Source: Eledone cirrhosa (Eukaryota). Taken from it: DNA of 64,000 bases. Where the stretch lies: the NCBI GenBank assembly GCA_964016885.1, contig OZ024745.1, positions 9,424,001-9,488,000 on the forward strand. The letters run 5' to 3'. A program made the position numbers and the translations under genes. Shown here in pieces: positions 13,472 to 24,571 of the stretch; the stretch's first letter is position 1, and each line of letters starts with the position of its first letter. The notes under the pieces are model-generated. The model ran no database searches. It worked only from the letters and a program-made list of their open reading frames with translations, and had not been told where the DNA came from.

Positions 13472-13869
13472 CAGGGGGCTCAAACATGCGGCCCACGAGC
13501 TACTTTTCTATGGCTCGTGGTAGAACCAATATTTCAGATTTCATTATAACTGGTGAAAATAAGGCGGTAAGCTGGTGAAATCATTAGCATATCTGGCGAA
13601 ATGCTTAGCAGTACTTTTTCTGTTTTTACATTCTGAGTTCAAATTCCGCCGATCTCAACTTTGTCTTTCATCCTTTTGGGGTCGATAAATTAAGTACCAG
13701 TTGTGAAATGATATCAATGTAATCAATCGGACCCTAAACCCCAAATTTCATGTCTTGTGCCTATAGTAGAAATGATTATAATTGGTGAAAATCATCACCC
13801 ACCACGTTTGGCCCACTGTGCTTCTCCTCTAGGACGTAATGGCCCTTTTGTGTCCTTGAGTTGGAGACC
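13472..13869. mobile_element. Nested small hAT-type MITE
   Basis: Starts CAGGGGGCTCAAACATGCGGCCC and ends ...GGCCC...AGTTGGAGACC (truncated TIR); flanks CTCTCCAA / CTCTTCAA. Confidence 0.55.
13561..13774 (+). mobile_element. SINE inserted in the nested MITE, 18-bp TSD
   Basis: ATTATAACTGGTGAAAAT (13543-13560) versus ATTATAATTGGTGAAAAT (13775-13792); contains ttcatccttttggggtcgataaattaagtaccag. Confidence 0.85.
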
Positions 13870-13899
13870 CTCTTCAACACACACATATATATATACACT

Positions 13900-14165
13900 T
13901 TTTTCTGTCTCTGGACTATGCCCATGCTGGAGCATCACCGTGGTAAGTTATAGGGACGTCAACAAACCAACAAGCATTGGTTGGAGGGCAAAGACACACA
14001 CAGACCCTTGCAAGCAGGGAAAGGTGGACGTAAAATGATGATGATGATGACGACGGGCTTTTAGTTTCGGTCTATCAAATCCACTCACAGGGCTTTGGTC
14101 AGCCCAGGCAGTGGGACTGAACTCGGAAACATGTGGTTGGGAAGCAAGCTTCTTGTCACACTGTG
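13900..14165 (-). mobile_element. tRNA-derived SINE (second family), interrupted by an RTE-type (GAT)n tail fragment
   Basis: agtttcggtctatcaaatccactcacagggctttggtc...gtgggactgaactcggaaacatgtggttgggaagcaagcttc; related copies at 24075-24420 and 54215-54480. Confidence 0.65.
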
Positions 14166-14285
14166 CATATATATATATATCACCTTGACCGACCAGTTTG
14201 TCGGGCGCCATTCGGTGCTGCTGGTCACAGCACGTGCTGTGTTAGCCATATGATGACGCCATCCCACTGGCTGGGCAGGCAGGCC

Positions 14286-14575
14286 GTAAGTCTAAAGTCT
14301 GTCTTAAGCCAGAAGGCTCATTTGGCTGGTGCTTATCCCGGTTTCATGGCGTGAAGTGACTGAGAGCACAAGACTCCCCCCTGGACAGGACGCCAGTCCA
14401 TCGCAGGGTTTAACCTCCAGCTATTGCTGGTACTCATTTTCAGCTGAGTAAACTGGAGCAACGTGAAATAAAGTGTCTTGTTCAAGGAAACAACACATCA
14501 CCCGGTCCGAGAATTGAACTCACAACCTTTCGATTGCGAGCCCAATGCTCTAACCACTAAGCCATATGCCTTCAC
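14286..14575 (-). mobile_element. Near full-length CORE-type SINE
   Basis: Reverse complement has a tRNA-like head (tggcttagtggttagagc...gagttcaattctc), a core-like ccttgaacaagacactttatttcac and cctgcgatggactggcgtcctgtccaggggg. Confidence 0.8.
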
Positions 14576-15123
14576 ATATATATAAATCATGTCACATATA
14601 CACACACTTAAATATAAATGCATGCATATATATAAATGTATAGTTATACACATACGTAAATGTATGTATGTAGTTTTTTATATATGATCATCATCGTTTA
14701 ATGTCTATCTTCCACGCTAGCTTGGGTTAGACGGGAGTTGTCCCAATTTGAGATAAGATTGGTCGGTTGACCATGTCTCGCTCGAATATATATATATATT
14801 GTGCGTGTTTGTATTATATATGTATATATATATACATATATATACATATATAATACAAACACGCACAATATATATTTTTCCTTTTTCAGTGTGTTCTACC
14901 TCTGATAGTAGGGTCCATACTGTAGATAGAACTCAATGTAATCCAGTGAAATCCATAGAGAAGTTCTGTGTTTCGCCGAGTTAATTCTTTAGATACAGTG
15001 TCAGATATTAGGTATTAAATTAACAATGAAAATGAAAATAAAAACAACAAAGTTATAAAGTAACTTGACTTTGTTGTTTTTATTTTTATTGTTAATTTAA
15101 TACAATATATATATACATATCAT

Positions 15124-15173
<50 letters not shown>

Positions 15174-16313
15174 GTAATTCCGGTTGAATCGGAGGTATAT
15201 ATACCATACTTATTTTTTGATACCAAGATTCCTGATGATTTCTAAAGAATGAAACAGTTCTAGTCCTGTAGAATCTCATCTATATTAAAACTATATATAT
15301 ATATATATATATATATGATTTATGATTTTTTGGTAAGGAGAGAATTTTTTCTCCAGATTTTATTAGCTAGGGAGATTAACTACTACAGTTTTTCAACCTC
15401 ATCAAACACCAACAGGCCTGTGTGTGTATATATGTGTATGTATGTATGTATGTATGTATGTATGTATGTATGTATGTATGTATGTATGTATGCATGCATG
15501 CATGCATGTACGTATGCATGTATGAATAAGTATATACTCACACCTTTCATCACCATTGCTTCTTTTTCTTGTCATTTCTGTTGAAGTTGTTCATTCAAAT
15601 GCATTCACACTGGCTGGCTGTCTCAGAGACGTACAAATATGGCTTATAAAATTTACCAAAGTAAACAGCCTTCCAATGTCCCCTTGCTCCGAAATACCCC
15701 CCGGGGGTGCATATGACCTCGTTGAGAACCTTTGGTGTAGAGTACAGCCATCCAGATATATTGTAGATATTGTAGAGTTAAGAATCAGGTATTTATATAT
15801 CTGTTTTATTCAGTTTAGCTGCAAAAGAGTGATTTTAGAAAATGTACAGTATTATTTTTATGTATTTATTTAATCAATTTAAATGTGCGTATAGAGCTAG
15901 TAAGCCATAATAGAATAGGGGAAGTATCTAGTACTTTTTGCAGTTGAGAAAGAAAAGACAAGATAGAGATAAGTGAGTATAAAAATATAAAAAAATAAGA
16001 GGTAAGGCCAATGGCAGGCAAAATAAGCATTAAAAAAAAAAAAGGAAAACAAGTGAAGCTTTAAAGCAGCTAGAAGGTTCTGTTGTTGAATCTTAAATTG
16101 AAGTGTTTTAATGTACATTATTTTCTTTTTTTTTATTTCGACCTATTTGGCAATGTTTACATGGATGTGTTGGTATTTTTTCACCTGCTTTCATGAATGT
16201 GATTGTATTCTGTAATGTTTTCAAATGACCAACATATTTCCCACTGTATTTATAATGTGTGTGAATATTTCTGCTGACGTTTAATAATAAACTTCTTATT
16301 TGTGTACTTCCAG

Positions 16314-16579
16314 AACAAGCAACAGTGTGACTGTGAGAATACATTACATGCAGACCAAAGTAACACAAAAGATTCTCCTCAACCAAGTTGCAGTAACATC
16401 ACCAGCAATGTCACTTCTCAGTTAACCACCTCAATGACTCAAACATCTTCAGTTCTTTTACCTGGACCTACTTCACACCATCAGTCATGTCACAGTCAAA
16501 ATTTGGCCTTGTCATTCTACAACCCACATCTTAGTGATGAAGACCTCTCTGGACGAATGTCACCATTTACAGTGGAGAG
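16314..16579 (+). CDS. Host gene internal exon A (266 nt, phase 0 to 2): NKQQCDCEN...RMSPFTVE
   Basis: Acceptor tgtacttccag, donor AG|gtgagt, open frame; phase matches the next exon. Confidence 0.8.
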
Positions 16580-17100
16580 GTGAGTTATAAAAGAAGAAAT
16601 GAACTTAAGCTACATGTGTGTGTCTGTCTGTCTCAGTGTGTCTCTCTGTGAATGTGTGTCTATCAGTGTGTGTGTTTGTATATATATATATATAAATCAA
16701 TGTATTTGATTACATTTTAATATGGTTGTTGTTTATTTTATTTTTATTTTGACACATATCGGGGTAACAGTTCTATAAATCTCTAGATAATAATTTTTTT
16801 TTCTTTCATTTTGTAAGTATTTCATTAGATTGTTTATTTCAAATTATTTCTAAAATATATGGAAGGTTTCAAATGCTTGATAGAGAGGGAGAGGTGTAAT
16901 TATATCAATCCAGTGTTTATATTTGATCAACCCTGAAGAATAAAAAGCAAAGTGAGCCTCAACATGATTCAAACTGAGAATCTAAAGGAATGTATCAAAA
17001 TATCACAAAGTATTTTGTCTGTCATCTTCCAATTCTGTCAATCTAACACCTTGAATTATTAGTTATTATAATAATATTTATAAATATTAATATTATAATC

Positions 17101-17201
17101 ATTTATATTAAGGCTAAAATGTGACTCTTGTTACTCTGGAGTTTCTCCTGTTTATAAACAGGCAAACCTCCAGAGTAACACTTTTTAGCCTTAATATAAA
17201 T
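17101..17201. mobile_element. Short foldback/palindromic MITE
   Basis: atttatattaaggctaaaa..tgttactctggag..cctgtttat | aaacagg..ctccagagtaaca..ttttagccttaatataaat. Confidence 0.7.
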
Positions 17202-18838
17202 TAATATTAAAACTCTACTTCAGTTTTGAGTACTCTTTTCTCTCAGCTGTCAACCACATACGGATATATTAATAATATATACGCAAATATTGTTGAATAA
17301 TGCCAAATTTGCCACTGCGTTTATCTTCATACATTTTAAACTTGTATAGTTTCTTTATCTTCTGGGATTTGTATATTTTCATAAAAGTCTATTTTGATCT
17401 TCATTTCCTTCCACTGCTGTTAATTACCATTCTCCTTATTTTAACACAGCATTCCTCCACTTGTTGTCATCTCCTCTGTAGTCTCAAATCGCTGAAATTC
17501 ACAGAGGAGATGAAGAAATGCAACAAGTGGAAGAATGTTGTGCTAAAAAGACCCTTGCAAGCATGGAAAAGTTGATGTAAAATAGTGACGATGATGACAT
17601 CTTGTTCTACCACTACATTAATAATTCTGTTTAGGGAATATTCAGAGAGGATTCAGTAAATGGAAGAATTGATCAATTTCTATATTTTCTAACTTGAATA
17701 TCAGATGTTTTTATTGTTATACATAATACACTAGTTCTGTAATATCTATTGTTAGAAGTCTGTCTCATAGCCAGCTACAACATACAATCTATTATTTTCT
17801 ACCCCATTTGGCTTTCTTCCAACAAAGATACAGCTATTGACCTATTTTTTAAACTACTTCCATACCCCTATTACGGCTCAAATTGCTATAATTTACTGTT
17901 TCTCTTCAATGTGTTTTTTTCTTTTCTGTCAGTGACAATAATATTTAGTTTGTAATCTTTGGTTTCTAAATTTGGTTTCTACTTGTAATTTCACAAGTTT
18001 GTTTTTAGTATTCATATACTGTTATTGGTAACACAAATCCCAGTTTAGCTTTCCATTGTTATTACCTGATGTTATTGAATGAAATATAATGAAAGCAATA
18101 AATTAGTGTTCTTATTTTTGTTAGTTTTAATTACTTGTTAGTAAATTAGATTTGGTTTTTATACTTAAAGTTTGTTATAAGATACAATGCTAAAGGGTTA
18201 AAGCAATAAAATCTTGTCATTACTTTTCTTTTTATGAACAGTTTATTTTTAGACCCAGCATATTTTATATGTTCACATAATGTGTAAAACTCATTGTATA
18301 TACTATATTGCTGATGTTTTGTTGTTTAGTGGGACATTTTCTCAGGCTTTTGAAATAAATTGTTGAAGTTAAAGTTCTGTCATATTATTTCAAATCAATG
18401 TTTATATAAATTCTTTGTAAATTACAAAACATGGACTGAACTTGAAACACAAAAAAATAAGATAGGTTCGAGTGCAACCCTACATCGTCGACTGGATAGC
18501 ATATCTCAGTTGTGTCTCACAAGATGGTGAAATCATTGTTGCAAAGTACAGAGGTATCTGCTGTATCAGCTCTTCCACTTCACAAGGCTCCTTCCTCAGG
18601 AGAGATCCCACATTCTGATTTCATGGAGGAAAACAGCAATCTGGAGACTGAGGCCATTGGACATCTCAATTGTGACCAGTATAAAGGATTCTATCCATTA
18701 ATGCCATGTGTTCTGTCATCTTCTGATCCTCTGCAGGCAGCAGCACTTGGTGAAGTGATAAGTTTGACTGTGGACAGTGAGCCATTCCCCTCCAACAGGA
18801 AATTGTTATCCTGTGTAGACATTTATCATTATTGCAGG

Positions 18839-19030
18839 CATCTACCATCACTGTAGACATCTACCATCACTGTAGATATCTACCATCTACCATCACTGTA
18901 TACATCTACCATCACTAGACATCTACCATCACTGTAGACATCTACCACTCTAGACATCGACCATCACTGTAAACATCTACCATCACTGTAAACATCTACC
19001 ATCACTGTAGACATCTACCATCTGCCATCA
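18839..19030. repeat. 19-bp minisatellite (CATCTACCATCACTGTAGA), about 10 copies
   Basis: Period 19 (18841, 18860, ...). Confidence 0.9.
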
Positions 19031-19674
19031 TTACAGTTGAAGCTAACATGCTCCAGTTTTCAGGAAACTGGCAGTGTTGTTTCCTTTTAATGATGTCATT
19101 CAAAATACCATGACAAGGTAAACAGCCTGCACTATGACACATGTGGTCCCAACAGAATAAAAACTGTTTAAAGGCCAAGTATAAAAATGGAACTCTGAGT
19201 CTTATTGAACAGATCTGTATTTTCCTAATCCAAGTTTGCTTGATTGATATTTTCTTTTTGTATTAGTCAAGCATCTTTCATAGTCGCTCTGTTAGTTTTA
19301 TGAACATACAAAATATTTGCGCCATTCCTTCAAACACCTCAAATATATTAAAAAAATCAAAATATAATCATATCATGCCTCATTAATTTTATCCCCCACC
19401 CACGTGATAACCTTGACAATTTAAAATACAATGTTGAATCTCATTTTTACTACATACATTATATAAAAGGAATTTTTGAAGGCTTTTAAATATGATCAGA
19501 TCTAACCAGCTGTCAAATGATGATTCCATTATAGAGATGTATTGTGTGTATCTAGTTTAAAATAAGTACACTATATCTTTGTGTGTCATAAGAAACGCCC
19601 AAATGTATTGTTGCCAGGAAAGTTACAAAACATGGCCTCAAAAAGGACCTGTTTATAATATTTACAATTTCCAA

Positions 19675-20055
19675 AGGTTGGCAGGGTTGTTAGTATTGGA
19701 CGTTTTGTAGTATTTGTTTCAGCTCCTTACATTCAGAGTTCAAATCATACCATGGTCAACTTTGGCTTTTATCCTTATGGGTTTGATGAAAGTACCAGTC
19801 ATAATCAACTTTGCCCTTCCCATAAATTTTCTGACCTTGTGCCTAAATTAGAAATCAATATTTACAATCTACAAGGGATTGGCATAGATGTAAGAACGTT
19901 GGACAAATACCAAGCAGCATTTCTTTTGGGTCTTTATATTCTGAGTTCAAATCTAGGGTCAATAAAATAAAGTACCAGTAAATTACTGGGGTCAATTTGA
20001 TGGACTTCCCCTTTCCCCATATTGCTGGCTATGTGCCATCATTAGAAATTAATAT
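19675..20055 (+). mobile_element. Two tandem degenerate SINE copies
   Basis: gagttcaaat..aaagtaccagt..gtgcc..attagaaat occurs twice. Confidence 0.6.
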
Positions 20056-20534
20056 TTACAATCTAACTCTATTGTTTTCATTTCATCTTTCTGTTTCAAT
20101 ATTTATTCTATCATCATATTTTTTGTCATTCCCAACTTATCTAATTATTTTAATAATGTTCTGTCAACAGTATATTAATTGATGCATAGCTGGGACCCCC
20201 CCAAAAAAGAATAAAAAATATTTTTCCAAAAGGGTCAGTGTTTATCATTGCTTTCATGGCTAGGTAGAACACCAGGTTATCACAGGTAGCAATCCTAAAT
20301 GATATAGTATACCTATCTGACTATAACACTGAACCTGATATGACAACAATTAATGACATAAGGTGAACAAAACGTATGTTGTTTTTCTATTCATTACAAG
20401 CGTGCTATATATATATTGTTCTTTGGAATATAATGTTTATTTAATATGTTTTATTACAATTTATTGTAAATAAACTTCATAACAAATATGTGCTTGTGAG
20501 GGAAGAACTTGGGAGTGTTTCTATTTTCTTTAAG

Positions 20535-20815
20535 TGGCACAACAAAAAGCACACAGTCCACTCTGTAAGGTGGTAGTGCTGGTGGCACAAAATGTGCACA
20601 GCCCATCTGAATCGGTGGTCCTTACAGTACCATGATAAAAAGCACCCAGTCCACACTGTAACGTTGGTGTTAGGAAGGGCATCCAATTGTAGAAACTGAG
20701 CCAAAATAAAGATCTGTATGAGCAATACGTGATCTCTCGACCTGACTTGTCTCATAATGTGACAACCTGTCAAACCTATGCAAGCATAGAAAATGGATGT
20801 TAGATGATGATGATG
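20535..20815 (+). mobile_element. RTE-related 3' UTR fragment with (GAT)n tail
   Basis: cagtccacactgtaa..gttggtgttaggaagggcatcc...atgcaagcat.gaaaatggatgttagatgatgatgat. Confidence 0.65.
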
Positions 20816-21031
20816 GTTTAATTAAACTGGTTTCTCTAAGATGTTTAAAGAATGTTTGCTCATTCTGTTTCAATCGTATTTTAAGTCAAAACAAAATAAT
20901 AAAACAAAAGAATTATTTTGTATTTTGATTTGCCAGCAAAAGTTTGTCATAAACATTTTCATTTTATCCTGGGATATTTATGGAGGGTATCAGTGGCGAT
21001 GCCTTTGCCTTTTTGTCTGTGAGGTGCAGCG

Positions 21032-21270
21032 TAGATATACTGCCTAGATTAGGGTACAGATGAGATATACTGCCTAGATTAGGGTACAGATGAGATATAC
21101 TGCCTAGATTAGGGTACAGTTGAGATATACTGCCTAGATTAGGGTACAGTTGAGATATACTGCCTAGGTTGGGGTACAGATGAGATATACTGTCTAGATT
21201 AGGGTACAGTTGAGATATATTGCCTAATTTGGGGTACAGTTGAGATATACTGCCTAATTTGGGTTACAGA
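21032..21270. repeat. 30-bp minisatellite (AGATATACTGCCTAGATTAGGGTACAG[A/T]TG), about 8 copies
   Basis: Period 30 directly visible. Confidence 0.9.
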
Positions 21271-21640
21271 GTCTGCTGCTTCCTCCCTCACTTTTTATTA
21301 TTCAATTTTTTTGCAAACATATAATCCACATATATATGCAAACATATAATCCACACATTTTCACATAAGTACTCTCGGGCTCGACCCCCCTGCATATTTT
21401 CTTTAGACATTAAAAACATTATACATGCCAAAAAAGTACATAGAAATCCCATGCGATATAGAATAATTAGGTTGGGTTGGGGCTTTCAATATGTAAACTA
21501 AATTGCTAACTTTAGTTTTTTTTTAAATCGGAGTTAACCTAGAAAAATAACCCCTCTCTGCTTATTTCCCTCCACCCCCACCCTGCTTATTTCCCTCCAC
21601 CCTCTCTAATGAGAGTAAATTTTTTTTAAAGTCAAAATTA

Positions 21641-23236
21641 CTTTTATTTTATTTTTTTGCTTTTACAATATATTGAATAAAAGTCCAAAAGACAATATTT
21701 TATCTGACAACAGTAAAACAGCCAGTGTATGACTGCCAGTAGCTGTGGATGTTATATATTTACAATAAAAGAGAAAGGAAGAGGTTAAATATCCACACTG
21801 ATTCGTTTTGGTAATTTAAGAAAAGGTCGGAACTCCCACTGTCATAGCCCCCATCTCTCTCACCCTCCCCCCTATCTGTATTGTGAACAAATGGGGTCCT
21901 ACGTGCTGGCCTCACCACAGCCCTGGCCTCACCACAGCCCTAGCAGTCAGAATGGAGAAGGTGTTTCCCCGGAGGATGGTAAGGACGATGTGCTGGAAGA
22001 GCCATTCCAACTCACGAGGCTCAAACCTGCGGCTGGCCAGCTCACCGCCTATGGTGGTGAGTAGGGAGGTAGAGCCCTAGGGCCAAGGACACCAGAAGTC
22101 TCTACTGCCAAGGGAACGACCGCAAACCTGTCGGAGAGTGACTGGCACTTGGAGAGTTTGGCCTCCTCAGCCCGATGTGCAGCAGAACCTGGGTTAGTCG
22201 CAGACTGCACCAGGCTGCAGCTGGAGAAAGTGTTGGTGCAAGTGGCATCCCAGACGAAGGGTTTGCCACCGTGGATCAGAAAGATGGTCATGCTATCTGG
22301 TCTTTTGCTGTCCCCTCAGTCCAGCCCCACCGGCTCAAGCTGAGAGGGGGGAAGCCTGCAACATCGAAGTCCTGCTTTATGACCTCGTTGCGGGCAGCAT
22401 GGCATGGAAGGCAGCCGGCACTGTGGCGACAGGAAAGCGGATAGAGGCCGAAAGAGTCCACGGTGGATCCACAGCGACATTTATGTGGCTCACAGATCTG
22501 GTGACTAAGCCCCAGGGAAACGCTGGTGCGCAGGCTATCATTATCCAGCTGCATGCCAATGGAGAAGGAGGGCAAAGCATGGAGCCAGGCACCACTGTGG
22601 GGTTTGGAGGTTGCGTGAAAACAGGCAAGGCGTTGCTGGCGCGTGAGCCTGTCTGAGGCCAGGCTGCACTGGATGGCATCCCATATGCTTTGGAGGGACT
22701 TGACGTCAGGAGGAGGAGGGACGTCTACTGGGCTAAGTCCCAGCTGGTTCCATGTCTCACGTTCCCCGATCACGGGGATCCATTGTTTTGGAGAATCCTG
22801 CTGACGAGGATGAGGCTATGAGGTTACCGACAAAAGAAACGCCAGCAAAGCCAGCGAGATGGGGGGGTACCAGTAGCCTGTTGCTGTCCAATGTCGTCAA
22901 ACCTGACATTGCATATCTCATCGGCTGCCGCTCAGATACAAGTATCGAGGTCAGCCAGGAGAGATGCATGACTGTACCGGAGCGCTGCGAAGGGTATAGA
23001 GGAGCTTTGGCATGACAAAGCAGTTCCTCAACAGGAAGAGGCCTGGGTGGCCGTCAATTATGCCCAGTCGGCTCGTGAGGGTCTTGAGTTGCTGGATCCT
23101 GGACCTGATGGTGGAGCGGATGGCTGGTGGGGGGATCGGTGACCCAAGGATGAGGACATCCTCTTTGGGGTGGACAATGGACCGCACATCCGAGACGGAG
23201 GCTGCAAAGCTCTCAGCATTATGGCTGATATTCACC
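21641..23236 (-). mobile_element. 5'-truncated, frameshifted CRE-clade (restriction-like endonuclease) non-LTR retrotransposon
   Basis: ORF fragments show ILGSPI..LFLLRNCFVMPKLLYTLRSAP, SGAWLHALPS..LDN..CEPHKCRCG (Zn knuckle), GKPFVWDATC..AEEAK..PLAVETSGVLGP, and a C-terminal FQHIVLTILRGN. GC-rich island. The 3' boundary is approximate. Confidence 0.75.
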
Positions 23237-23346
23237 TCTTTATTATATTTCAAATATTGTCAGTATTGTTGTTTCTTTTTTATTTCTCCAGATATAAACA
23301 TACTGAGAATTGATCACGCATATTGTTGTTGTTTTTTGTTTTTCAG

Positions 23347-23400
23347 TGATAGTGGGCATAGCATGATTGAGTCACCTGTAGTGTCAGTGGTAGCATCAAG
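23347..23400 (+). CDS. Host gene exon B (54 nt, phase 2 to 2): (S)DSGHSMIESPVVSVVAS
   Basis: Acceptor ttttgtttttcag, donor AAG|gtgagt, frame-compatible with exons A and C. Confidence 0.8.
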
Positions 23401-23872
23401 GTGAGTTGTTCTTTTTCTTTTATAGTTATTCATGAAGTGGTTGGTGGGTTTCTAGCCTAGAAACCATGTTCACAGTACACCATGTAAAGTGGTTGGCATT
23501 AGGAAGGGTATCCAGCTATAGAAGACCAAACCAAAATCAGATCTGTATGAGCAAGATTTGGTCACATGACCTGGCTAGTCTTTATAACATGACAACTTGT
23601 CTAATCCAGAATACTAATTTTGATTACGTTATTTGATGGCATTTAAACCCCCCAACCAACCACCCCAAAAAAGTCTTTAAAAAAATTACTGGGGTCTGAT
23701 CTGCAAAGTTGAGGTATATTGTAGGCTAATGTTTTTATTTTTATTTTATATCCCCTGCTGAAATGGGGAAGGGATCTTTCATATCCAGGTATCCTATATG
23801 TCATCAAATTCAGTAGTTTAATGCTTTGGTATGTAATTTATTTTCTGTAACTTCAATTTCTACTTTTTCCAG

Positions 23873-23955
23873 CATTGTGGAGAAAACTATCAGAGAGGCA
23901 ATCGTAGAACATGTATTTGGAGGTTATCAGACGGGGGACATGAAGCAAGAAAGAA
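23873..23955 (+). CDS. Host gene exon C (83 nt, phase 2 to 1): (S)IVEKTIREAIVEHVFGGYQTGDMKQER
   Basis: Acceptor tactttttccag, donor A|gtatgt. Confidence 0.8.
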
Positions 23956-24074
23956 GTATGTTGATTTTCCTACATTTATCTCATTTATTGGACCTTGTGT
24001 TACTTTTAAATATTTTCAGCAATTTGGTTTCTGTCTATTCTTGGATGAGTAGTCTTTTATTCTTTTTGGTCATT

Positions 24075-24420
24075 AGTCTGTAGCCATGCTGGGACACAGC
24101 CTTAAAAGGATTTAGTCGATCATATTAATCCCAGTATGTTTATTCCTTAAGATTTGTACCTATTTTATTTCTTTTTTGTCAACCTGCTACATTATAGGGT
24201 ATAAACAGAGACATAAATGTAAATGCACACATGCATACCCCCTCACACACACACACACACACTCTCTCTCTCTCTCCTGTAGTTTCTGTCTATAAAATTT
24301 CACTCCCAAAGAATTGGTAACTGGGGACTATAGAAGATACTTGCCCAAGGTAACATGCTGGGGGAGTGAACTTGTAACCATATAGTTGTGAAGCAAACTC
24401 AATATTCACACAGTCATGTT
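24075..24420 (-). mobile_element. tRNA-derived SINE (second family), degenerate
   Basis: ccatgctggg..agtttctgtctat..aatttcactc..ctatagaagatacttgcccaaggt..gaagcaaactc. Confidence 0.6.
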
Positions 24421-24571
24421 TAAAAAAAGAAATTGCATGTTCCCTTTTCATTATTATATTTCTAATGACATACACTGTGTTTCCATTTATTAAGAATTTA
24501 GAGGGACTTATGAAAATTATCTCATCATTATGACAGTATTTGTAGCATAACCTAACAAAAGGTTTTTATAT

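Larger units (their letters stand above)
12686..15734. mobile_element. hAT-type non-autonomous DNA transposon carrying nested insertions
   Basis: Left end TACAGGTTCTCAAC; right end reverse complement CAAAGGTTCTCAAC (12/14); identical 8-bp TSD GTGTAGAG at 12678-12685 and 15735-15742. Confidence 0.7.

Noticed and set aside
14490-14575. tRNA gene
   Set aside because: A/B boxes belong to a SINE head contiguous with SINE core sequence; no complete cloverleaf.
15895-16030. Similarity to 29883-30005 (and 27670-27840 to 30945-31110) as a segmental duplication
   Set aside because: Short, diverged and without collinear flanks; more simply old dispersed repeats.
18430-18860. GC-richer ORF 18512-18856 as a host exon, or a Tc1-type transposase relic on the minus strand (WPQSPD)
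   Set aside because: No convincing splice sites or phase fit; transposase similarity is limited to one short motif and no TIRs were found.
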